Assembly (NCBI GenBank): GCA_902569095.1
Contig: CACFSX010000001.1
Span: 73,575 to 137,574, forward strand
Direction of reading: 5' to 3'
Length of the DNA stretch: 64,000 nucleotides
Origin: an uncultured Alphaproteobacteria bacterium
GTDB lineage: Bacteria; Pseudomonadota; Alphaproteobacteria; Methylaequorales; Methylaequoraceae
Below the pieces are notes generated by a model. It saw nothing but the letters and a program-made list of their open reading frames with translations, had not been told where the DNA came from and did not search any database. Both the position numbers and the translations under genes were made by a program. Of the stretch, positions 18,550 through 26,830 are shown one piece after another; within the stretch, counting starts at the first letter, position 1, and every line of letters begins with the position of its first letter.

Positions 18550-18676
18550 TATTTTGAATAAATGCTCTACATTCATAGGGATATTCTTGGATATTTTGAA
18601 AAAAAAATATTGATACAAGACATTGATACAAACAATGAAAATCAGTGTAATAAAGGGTTATAGACCAAACGCTACT

Positions 18677-18733
18677 GATTCAAAATCCGTTGAACTTCGG
18701 TTCATGTCCGTTCGAGTCGGACTAGGAGTACCA
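18677..18733 (+). repeat. direct repeat of tRNA-Leu 3' 57 nt (att-like core, copy 2)
   Basis: 56/57 identical to 15530-15586 (G>A at 18727). The 5' half of the tRNA is absent. Confidence 0.9.
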
Positions 18734-18756
18734 TTTTTTTAAAAACAAAGATAATT

Positions 18757-19686
18757 TTAATTTATGAATGATTGTAGATTTTTTTTGGCATATAACATTT
18801 TAGGATAATAATGTTGTTCAAGATCCTCTAACAGCCAATCAACATTAATTGAATCCATTTTTGTAAATAATAAGTTAGGAATTCCATGTAACTTTAAGTC
18901 AGATTTATGAGGAATGTATTTGGGTAAACCGCCACTTGGATCTAAAACAAACATTTCTAAGCCATATTTTCTCATATGAACTCTTATAGTATTTAAAGAA
19001 TCGTTTAATCTAGCCAAACAATGAGGAGCATATTCAACAATCCAATATCGAACAATATCGTTTTTAAGAAGAGATTGGGATCCACGAAGAATTTGTCCCT
19101 CAAAACCTTCAACATCAATTTTCACAACTTTTATTTTTTTATCATTAATTTCTTTATCTAATGTGGACGTTTTTAAACTCTTCCAATCTAAATTTTCATT
19201 ATCAGGTTTCTTAACACCATAAGATGTTCCTGAATCATGCGAAGAACAGTGAAAAAAAACTTCCTCACCACTGTTCTCTCCCAGAATAATTTTTTTTAGT
19301 TTTATATTTTTAAAATTGTTAAGTTTTATATTTGCTCTCAATTCTTCATAGCTCTCTTTTCCAGGTTCAAAAGCAATGACTTTACCCTCCGATCCTACTA
19401 GTGAACTCATTAATAATGAATGCATTCCTATATTAGCACCAATGTCAATACATGTGTCTTTTGGACTTATAATACGTGTTAAGAAAAGACCAATATCATT
19501 TTCATAAAAATGTCCGTTCTTTATCCACGAATAAATAGTTTTATGATTATTTTTTTCTGGATAAAAATTATATTTAAACTCTTTTTGATGCAATTTTTTC
19601 ATCAAAATATTTCTTTCGTTTAAATAATAGCTATTGTAACTAAATCTGAGAAGTTTTTGTTCTTTAAACATAACTAAAATTAGCAA
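18757..19686 (-). CDS. FkbM-family SAM-dependent methyltransferase
   Basis: 309 aa. CIDIGANIGMHSL SAM-binding motif, FEP, and KIDVEGFE, all typical of the FkbM domain. The real start may be the internal MKKLHQ. Confidence 0.7.
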   Translation of the reverse strand: MLILVMFKEQKLLRFSYNSYYLNERNILMKKLHQKEFKYNFYPEKNNHKTIYSWIKNGHFYENDIGLFLTRIISPKDTCIDIGANIGMHSLLMSSLVGSEGKVIAFEPGKESYEELRANIKLNNFKNIKLKKIILGENSGEEVFFHCSSHDSGTSYGVKKPDNENLDWKSLKTSTLDKEINDKKIKVVKIDVEGFEGQILRGSQSLLKNDIVRYWIVEYAPHCLARLNDSLNTIRVHMRKYGLEMFVLDPSGGLPKYIPHKSDLKLHGIPNLLFTKMDSINVDWLLEDLEQHYYPKMLYAKKNLQSFIN

Positions 19687-19854
19687 TATTTATACCAATG
19701 GAATTAAAATAAATAGTTCAATTACATTGAAGAATTTTTAAGGAAATATAAGAGATTTGGCAATTAGTTTACCAATTATAAAGTGATAATTCTAAAAAGT
19801 TTGATAGTAAAGTTTATTTAAATTTAAATCAATGACTTACAACCAAACGCAACT

Positions 19855-19911
19855 GATTCAAAATCCGTTGAACTTCGGTTCATGTCCGTTCGAGTCGGAC
19901 TAGGGGTACCA
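19855..19911 (+). repeat. direct repeat of tRNA-Leu 3' 57 nt (att-like core, copy 3)
   Basis: 57/57 identical to 15530-15586. Confidence 0.92.
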
Positions 19912-19972
19912 TTTTTTTAAAAAACAGAGATAATTTGATAAAGTTATAATTATTTAATAGGTTTAACTTATA

Positions 19973-20953
19973 ATGACTAAAAATATTGCTGTCATAGGTG
20001 CTGGTTTAGCAGGGACAACCATTGCATTGAAGATGAAAGGAAAATTTAAAGTAAAGGTTTTTGAAAAATCAAATGATGTAGGCGGAAGAATGTCAACCAG
20101 AAAAGAGATTCCTTTTTTTTTTGATCACGGAGCACAATTTTTTAAAATCAATACAGTTGATTTTAAAAATTTTCTTTTAGAATTATTTTCTCAGAAAACA
20201 ATTAAACCATGGAGCTTTAGACTTGCGTATTTTGAAGGGCAATATTTAAGTAAAATAAAATTGATAAAAGATTCAGATAAATTCTTTGTTGGCGCACCGA
20301 ATATGGACTCTATTATCAAACATCTATCAAAAAATTGTAATGTGATTTTAAATACAAAAATTGAAACTATAACAAAAAAAAATGGAAAATGGAATCTTTA
20401 TGACCATAATAAAAAATCTTATGGTTTTTATGATTGGGTTATATTGAGCCTTCCAGCTCATCAGTCACTTGAGTTAATTACAAACAAAATTTCTTTTTAT
20501 TCTTTGATTGAAAAGATTAAAATGAAGGGATGTTTTACTTTGATGGTAGGAATGAATAAATCTTTGAATTTAAACTATGACGCAGCATTAATAAAAAATG
20601 AAGATATTGCATGGTTGGCTTTAAATAATTCTAAACCAAGCAGAACGAATAAAAATTGTTTGATAATTAACTCTTCGCATGAATATGCCTCGAATAATAT
20701 GAATACCTCTAAAGACAAAGTTTTAAAACACATATTGAGTACTTCCTGTAATTTGCTAAATTATGATTTATTTAATTCGACCACGATCAAAATTCATCAA
20801 TGGAAATATGCTGAGGCTGAATTTCCCCCAAAAGAAAATTTTTTTATTGATCATAAAGAGAAAATTGCAGTATGTGGTGATTGGTTTATTAACAGTAGAG
20901 TTGAGGGTGCATTTACAAGTGCAAATGAGCTTTCTAAAGAACTTCTTAAATAA
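19973..20953 (+). CDS. NAD(P)/FAD-dependent oxidoreductase (renalase-like, COG3380 type)
   Basis: 326 aa. IAVIGAGLAGTT dinucleotide fold, then VFEKSNDVGGRMSTR...FDHGAQFF. Confidence 0.75.
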   Translation: MTKNIAVIGAGLAGTTIALKMKGKFKVKVFEKSNDVGGRMSTRKEIPFFFDHGAQFFKINTVDFKNFLLELFSQKTIKPWSFRLAYFEGQYLSKIKLIKDSDKFFVGAPNMDSIIKHLSKNCNVILNTKIETITKKNGKWNLYDHNKKSYGFYDWVILSLPAHQSLELITNKISFYSLIEKIKMKGCFTLMVGMNKSLNLNYDAALIKNEDIAWLALNNSKPSRTNKNCLIINSSHEYASNNMNTSKDKVLKHILSTSCNLLNYDLFNSTTIKIHQWKYAEAEFPPKENFFIDHKEKIAVCGDWFINSRVEGAFTSANELSKELLK

Positions 20954-21311
20954 TTTTTTAATTTAAATTTTTTGAAATGTAGTTTATTCGCAAGCTTTTT
21001 TTAAAGTAAAAGTGTGTCTTTTTTGAATCTAAACAACTCAATAAAACCTGTTTGAATATCCAACAAACCACTTGATTTATATGATGAAAAGTTTAGCATC
21101 TAAGAATTGACACTATTGAAGATTTATAAAATTGACTAAAATTATCTATACTTAATATAATCTCAGTTATAATTTATGAATGAATTTGATTTGATAAAAA
21201 AAGTATTTTGGTCTCTACTAATCTTCATTTGTTTCCTTTTTATTTTAGTGAATATTTTTTTTGTTTTATAAAAGTCCTTAATTATTTCAAAGATAATAAT
21301 ATATTTTCGAT

Positions 21312-23807
21312 TTATTCGTTTCTAAGTAAAAAATATGTACTTAAATTAAAATACTTACGGTTTGATGCAAACAGGGTTAATGCTAATACTACCAAAGATA
21401 GAGAAGATATTAAAAAAGGAATCTTCAAAGAAAAATACCAATCAATATTAAAAAAATTTGTTATTAAAATATAGGAAAGTAAGAAAGAAAAAACTAACGA
21501 AAAGCAAATAATGGGCACAAAAATAATTAAAGACTCAAATAATATTAATTTAATTATACCAATGCGCTCATAACCAAGAATTCTGAAAACTAGATTTTGA
21601 TAAACTTTTAAATTCCCCATTACACTCATTGCATTTGAAACGACTACAAGTCCAATAGCAACAACAAAACTCGACATCAAAATACTAACAAAAAATATTT
21701 TATCTAAAAAATTTTTGGTTTTATTTATGTAAGCAGATACTTTTATGTAAGTAATATTTGGTAATTTATTTAACAATTTGTTAAAACTAATTTGTTCTTG
21801 ATCTTTAAACTTTACGGTAGACATGAATTCATGAGGAATTTCAGATGCAAATTTAGGATTAAATAAAATTGCAAAATTAATGTTCAAATCCTTATAATTA
21901 ACTTTTCTAAAATTTGTAATAACTCCAGAAACTGAATTACCATAAATGTTGAATCTAACTGAATCCCCAAGCTTTAATTTTAAGTCTTTTGCAACTTTGT
22001 GATCTAAAGAAATTTTTAACTCTTTTTTTTCGTCAGAGTTCCACCATTCACCTTCTTCAATTTGATTATTAGAAGGAGAATCTTTTGACCATGATATTCT
22101 TCTTTCACCATTAACAAACCAAAAACTTTCATTATTTCTATTTACTACTTTTTTGGGAGGAATATTATTTATAGCTTCAATTCTTGCAGATATTATTGGA
22201 ACCACTTTTTTCTGTGCTTGATTGTCAATCTTATTAATTTGTTTCAAAAATAAATTTTTCTCATCTTTTTGGATTCCTAAAAAAAAATAATCAGGAGCAT
22301 CTCTAGGTATGCCGCTATTAAGTTCTTTATTGATATTTGAGGATAGAAAACCTAAGAATAATAAAGTGGTTATACCAACTCCCATTGTCATTATTATCAT
22401 TGAGTTAAGATTTTGATAATTGTTTAGATTTTTAATTCCTATATTAAAAGAAATATTTTGCCTATTTTTTATTTTATTTAAAATTAAAATATAAAATTTG
22501 GATAGATAATAGTAAAAACAACTTATTAAAAAAAAGAAAAAGAAAAAAAAGGCTATTTGAAATGATTTTACGTTTATTATACAAAATATCGAAATAAAGA
22601 TTAGTAGAAATATAACCATTTCTGATATTGATTTTCTATTGTAATTAAAATTTAAATTTGAATTACTATTTCTAAATAAATTTCTAACTTTTATTTGATT
22701 GATAGTATCCAATGCGGGTTTACCAAAAATCATAAAAATCACCACACTAAAAAATTGAACAATCAAATATTCGTATATTTTAAATTCAACGTTAAGTTTA
22801 ATTTTGAGAAAGTTTGAAAGAATATTATCAAACAAAGAAATTAAAAATAACCCCAAAATGTATGAAATGAAAGAACAAAAAACCAGAATTGTTAGTATTT
22901 GAAGATAGTATAAAGTCTTTACATTTTTTGAATTTAACCCCAATGATTTGTAGATTGCAATCTTTAATTGGTTGTTACTAAAAAATGAAAATAATGAGTT
23001 CTTTAAACCAATACCTGAGATCAATATAGCTGATGCAGAAACAATAGTTAAAAAAAAAATAAAATTTTCAATGGTCATTTTTAAGTTCTGACTAATATCT
23101 TTTGGCAATTTTATAGTTAGATCTTTATTTTTGACAATATAATCAGGAACTTCTTGTTTCTGATCTTTATTGATCAATTTGTATCTAAATTTTACAAAAC
23201 TTCCAAGATTATTAATTTTTAAATTTTCAAAACCAGATTTACTTATTAAAGCTTGATCTCCAAAAAGGAAAAAACTCCCTATCTCTGGTAGACTTTCAAT
23301 TACACCAAGTACTTCGTAACCAGAGTTTTGAATTCTAACTTTATCACCCAGCTTAAGATCAAGATTATTTTTTGTTGTTTTATCAATTAAAATCCCATCT
23401 GATCGATTCTTTAAAATTTGAAGTGAATTTTCAGGTTCAACCTTCACCTCACCAATAAGCGGATAGAAATTATCAACCACTTTAATCCTTGTAGTTTTAC
23501 TTTCTTTATTATTAGTTTTTACAATAGTTGTAAATTCCACAACCTCTGTGATTAAAAAATTTTTTTTTAGTTTTTCTAGAAATTCTGAATTCAAAACCTT
23601 GTTTTTTGTTGATAATTCCAAATCACCACCAAGAAGAACTTTTGAATTATTTTTTATCTCATTTTCAATACTATTTTTAAAAATTGTCACTGTAGAAAAA
23701 ATTAACAAACTTACAAAAATAGTGAAGAAAACTTTGGAAATTTCGGATTTATTTTTATTCAACTCTTTGACGAAGAACAGGAAATATTTTTTATAAGTCA
23801 TATTCAA
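21312..23807 (-). CDS. ybbP: ABC transporter permease, FtsX-domain, YbbP-like
   Basis: 831 aa with two FtsX-type permease modules separated by large periplasmic regions. Coupled to a ybbA-like ATPase and divergent from tesA, as in E. coli. Confidence 0.7.
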   Translation of the reverse strand: MNMTYKKYFLFFVKELNKNKSEISKVFFTIFVSLLIFSTVTIFKNSIENEIKNNSKVLLGGDLELSTKNKVLNSEFLEKLKKNFLITEVVEFTTIVKTNNKESKTTRIKVVDNFYPLIGEVKVEPENSLQILKNRSDGILIDKTTKNNLDLKLGDKVRIQNSGYEVLGVIESLPEIGSFFLFGDQALISKSGFENLKINNLGSFVKFRYKLINKDQKQEVPDYIVKNKDLTIKLPKDISQNLKMTIENFIFFLTIVSASAILISGIGLKNSLFSFFSNNQLKIAIYKSLGLNSKNVKTLYYLQILTILVFCSFISYILGLFLISLFDNILSNFLKIKLNVEFKIYEYLIVQFFSVVIFMIFGKPALDTINQIKVRNLFRNSNSNLNFNYNRKSISEMVIFLLIFISIFCIINVKSFQIAFFFFFFFLISCFYYYLSKFYILILNKIKNRQNISFNIGIKNLNNYQNLNSMIIMTMGVGITTLLFLGFLSSNINKELNSGIPRDAPDYFFLGIQKDEKNLFLKQINKIDNQAQKKVVPIISARIEAINNIPPKKVVNRNNESFWFVNGERRISWSKDSPSNNQIEEGEWWNSDEKKELKISLDHKVAKDLKLKLGDSVRFNIYGNSVSGVITNFRKVNYKDLNINFAILFNPKFASEIPHEFMSTVKFKDQEQISFNKLLNKLPNITYIKVSAYINKTKNFLDKIFFVSILMSSFVVAIGLVVVSNAMSVMGNLKVYQNLVFRILGYERIGIIKLILFESLIIFVPIICFSLVFSFLLSYILITNFFNIDWYFSLKIPFLISSLSLVVLALTLFASNRKYFNLSTYFLLRNE

Positions 23808-24472
23808 AATTTTATTTGACCATCAACTAATTTCATTACCTTTTCACACTTTCTGGCTAGATTCATATTATGAGTTACAATAATTAAACAAATCTCCCTT
23901 TTTTTCGAATATTCAAAAAGTAAATTAGATATCAGTTCCGTATTCTTTCTGTCTAAATTTCCTGTCGGCTCATCAGCTAAAACAATCTCTGGATTAAATG
24001 AAATTGCTCTTGCAATTGCTACTCTTTGTTGTTCACCTCCAGATAATTCTGAGGGAAGATTATTTCTTCGATGAATCAAACCAAAATCCTCAAGAATTGA
24101 CATAGCCTTTTCCTTTTCATTCTTAATTTCATTAATTTGCATAGGAAACATTACATTCTCTAGGGCTGTATAATTTGGAATTAAAAAAAATTGTTGGAAT
24201 ATCAAACCAATTTTTTTTTTTCTGATTTCAGTTCTTTTTTTCTCACCTATTTTAGATAAATCTTGATTGTTAAAAATTATTGAACCAGTTGTTGGATTTT
24301 CTAAGCCAGACATAAGCATCAAAAGACTAGTTTTTCCTGATCCACTTTCACCAATAATAGCTACTCTTTCTTTTTTTTTAATTTCAAAATTTATATTTTT
24401 TAAAATTTTGATATTATTTCCATTTAATAAGTAATTAAGATTTATGTTCTTTAGTTTATATAGAATTTTCAT
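23804..24472 (-). CDS. ybbA: ABC transporter ATP-binding protein, YbbA-like
   Basis: 222 aa. GESGSGKTS, LSGGEQQRVAIARA, ADEPTGNLD. Confidence 0.75.
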   Translation of the reverse strand: MKILYKLKNINLNYLLNGNNIKILKNINFEIKKKERVAIIGESGSGKTSLLMLMSGLENPTTGSIIFNNQDLSKIGEKKRTEIRKKKIGLIFQQFFLIPNYTALENVMFPMQINEIKNEKEKAMSILEDFGLIHRRNNLPSELSGGEQQRVAIARAISFNPEIVLADEPTGNLDRKNTELISNLLFEYSKKREICLIIVTHNMNLARKCEKVMKLVDGQIKF

Positions 24473-25085
24473 AATAACTTTTCTTTTCTACATGATTATA
24501 AGTATAAACTTTATATCAACGAAAGCTTATTGTAACCTAAAAGTTGCATTATTCGGAGATAGTTTAATGTCTGGATTTGGCTTGGATCAGGATTTTCACT
24601 TGTCTACTGTTTTGGAGAAGAAACTACAAAAACAAGGATTCGAAGTTAAAATAATAAACGCTAGTGTCTCTGGAGATACAACATCTGGTGGGCTTAATAG
24701 ACTAAATTGGCTACTTGATAATAGAGAAATTGATATCGTTATTTTATGTCTAGGAGCAAATGATATGCTGAGAGGAATTAAACCAAGTTTAATAAAACAA
24801 AATTTAAATAAGATTCTAGAGCTTTTAAGAAAAAGAAAAATTAAAATTCTCCTTGCTGGTATGCTTTCCCAAGAGACCTATGGTAAAAAATATAAAAATA
24901 ATTTTGATGAAATTTATCCTGAACTTGCAAGTGAACATAAAATTGCTTTTATTCCCTTTTTATTAGAGGGTGTTGCGCTTAATCCAGAGTATAATTTAGA
25001 CGATGGAAAACATCCTAACCCCAAAGGGGTTGAATTAATAAGTAAAAATTTAGAAAAGGAATTAATTAAACTTATAAATAAATAA
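24444..25085 (+). CDS. tesA: SGNH/GDSL arylesterase-thioesterase, TesA-like
   Basis: 213 aa. GDSLMSGFG block I, GANDMLRG block III, DGKHPNPKG block V. The longest ORF overlaps the ybbA start by 29 nt, so the true start is probably the internal MIISINF (24492). Confidence 0.75.
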   Translation: MFFSLYRIFIITFLFYMIISINFISTKAYCNLKVALFGDSLMSGFGLDQDFHLSTVLEKKLQKQGFEVKIINASVSGDTTSGGLNRLNWLLDNREIDIVILCLGANDMLRGIKPSLIKQNLNKILELLRKRKIKILLAGMLSQETYGKKYKNNFDEIYPELASEHKIAFIPFLLEGVALNPEYNLDDGKHPNPKGVELISKNLEKELIKLINK

Positions 25086-25186
25086 TTATTATTACTTATT
25101 ATATTGCAACTCTTTACAATTCACCAAAAGGTTATAAGTTTATACTCGTACATACACTTTTTTTGTAAAATGTCTGGAGCGTAAAA

Positions 25187-26014
25187 TTGGAAATCAAAGA
25201 ATTTAAATTGAATGACGGTACTTATTTTAGATACAAAAAAATTGGTAAAGGTAAACCAATTCTTCTATTACATACTTTTAGAAATAGATTAGAGTACTCT
25301 GACAAGCTTGGAAAATTACTTAAAAAAAGGAATACTGTATACTCAATTGATCTTCCTGGTTTTGGTGAATCACCAATTAATTCTCAAACAATTTATGATT
25401 TAAATTTTTTTACAGATTCTATAGTTGAATTTATCAAAAATTTAAAAATTAATAATCTTACAATTGCTGGAGAATCTATTGGTGCAGTATTATCTGCAAG
25501 CGTTTCTATAAAACTTCCAAAACAAGTAAAAAAAATTTTAATGTTTAATCCATATGATTACGATTCTTATTTTGGTGAAGGAATCCAGAGAGGAAATTTT
25601 TTTGCAAAATTTATTTTATTTCATATTAGCTTACCTATTGTTGGGCCAATATTTTCAAGCCTAGAAAATAAGTTTATACTCAGAAATGTAATGGGTGGGG
25701 GCTTCAACAATCCATGCAGTCTCACGAATGAATACTTAAATTTACTTTGTACCTCTCTTAAAAAAAAGGGGTATGTGTACCATTTTAGGAATGTTCTTCA
25801 AAAATTTAAGAAAAATAGCGGAATTAGAGAAATTTACAAAAAAGTCATAGTTCCAGTTAAACTCATATACGGAGTCAATGATTGGGCTTATAAATCTGAA
25901 AGACTACAAACCCAAAAGCTTTTAAGACTTGATAAATATCATTTAATTCATAATTGTAAGCACTTTTCATTTCTTGAAAACACTGAAGATGTTTTTAATA
26001 TAATTTGTTCCTGA
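25187..26014 (+). CDS. alpha/beta hydrolase
   Basis: 275 aa. TTG start preceded by GGAG. LLHTF..., nucleophile elbow GESIGA, late NCKHF His. Confidence 0.65.
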   Translation: MEIKEFKLNDGTYFRYKKIGKGKPILLLHTFRNRLEYSDKLGKLLKKRNTVYSIDLPGFGESPINSQTIYDLNFFTDSIVEFIKNLKINNLTIAGESIGAVLSASVSIKLPKQVKKILMFNPYDYDSYFGEGIQRGNFFAKFILFHISLPIVGPIFSSLENKFILRNVMGGGFNNPCSLTNEYLNLLCTSLKKKGYVYHFRNVLQKFKKNSGIREIYKKVIVPVKLIYGVNDWAYKSERLQTQKLLRLDKYHLIHNCKHFSFLENTEDVFNIICS

Positions 26015-26072
26015 TTTAGGATTTGTGGTTTATGATTAATTGAATAGTAATAAAATTTTCAAGGAGTAATTT

Positions 26073-26804
26073 ATGGAAAAAGTAGCCTTCATATCCGGAG
26101 CGAATAGAGGAATAGGATTTGAAACAGCAAAAAAACTGGGAGAAAAAGGAATAAAAGTTATTATAGGCTCTAGAAATCTAAAAAAAGGAAAAGAAGCCTT
26201 AACAAAACTATCTTCTGAAGGAATCGATGCTGACTTAGTTCAATATGATGCATTTGATAAAGAGTCACCTCAAAAAGTTTTCGATTACATCGAGAAAAAT
26301 TATCAAAAACTTGATATATTAATAAATAACGCAGGTGTTCTCTTAACGGGGAATCTATTTGTAACAAACAGTTCATCGATAAGTGATAAAGACCTAAAAG
26401 ACACCTTTCAAACAAATTTTTTTGGAGTTGTGATGCTTACACAAAAACTGCTTCCATTAATAAAAAAATCGGATGCGGGAAGAATTGTTAATGTTTCAAC
26501 AATTTTAAGCTCCTTGACTCTGCATTCTGCAAAAGATTCGCCAATTTCACCAGCAAAGGAATTAGCATACAATGCCTCAAAAACAGCTTTAAACGCTTTT
26601 ACCATTCATTTAGCAATCGAACTTAAAGACACTAAAATCAAAGTAAACTCTGGACATCCTGGATGGGTTAAAACTGAACTCGGTGGTCCAAACGCTCCAA
26701 TTGAAGTAGAAGACAGTTATAAAACCTCAGTAAACCTTGCAATGTTGAATGAGGACGGACCAAGCGGGGGGCTTTTTCATGATGAGGATTCAATACCATG
26801 GTAA
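26073..26804 (+). CDS. short-chain dehydrogenase/reductase (carbonyl reductase-like)
   Basis: 243 aa. ISGANRGIG cofactor motif, NNAG, YNASK catalytic motif. Confidence 0.8.
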   Translation: MEKVAFISGANRGIGFETAKKLGEKGIKVIIGSRNLKKGKEALTKLSSEGIDADLVQYDAFDKESPQKVFDYIEKNYQKLDILINNAGVLLTGNLFVTNSSSISDKDLKDTFQTNFFGVVMLTQKLLPLIKKSDAGRIVNVSTILSSLTLHSAKDSPISPAKELAYNASKTALNAFTIHLAIELKDTKIKVNSGHPGWVKTELGGPNAPIEVEDSYKTSVNLAMLNEDGPSGGLFHDEDSIPW

Positions 26805-26830
26805 AGATTTTATTAAATAAACCAAACTAA

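Larger units (their letters stand above)
15587..18733 (+). mobile_element. att-bounded cargo cassette A (integrase-less islet between tRNA-Leu and its first partial copy)
   Basis: Bounded on the left by the tRNA 3' end and on the right by a 56/57 direct repeat of it. Contains three unrelated cargo-type genes, tRNA-like debris and long spacers. Confidence 0.45.
18734..19911 (+). mobile_element. att-bounded cargo cassette B (single FkbM methyltransferase gene)
   Basis: ~1.1 kb between att-like copies 2 and 3. It holds one gene and no recombinase. Confidence 0.45.

Noticed and set aside
18406-18618. 70-aa minus-strand ORF overlapping the end of the 168-aa gene and the tRNA-like element
   Set aside because: It has no start context, overlaps a better-supported CDS and the tRNA-like sequence, and its translation looks like random sequence.
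21208-21474. 88-aa plus-strand ORF
   Set aside because: It uses no ATG at 21208, runs antisense into the 3' end of the 831-aa permease gene, and has low-complexity, AT-driven composition.
24444-24472. 29-nt head-to-head overlap of the tesA-like and ybbA-like coding starts
   Set aside because: This is most simply an artefact of taking the longest ORF. An internal Met (24492, MIISINF...) gives a normal signal peptide and removes the overlap.
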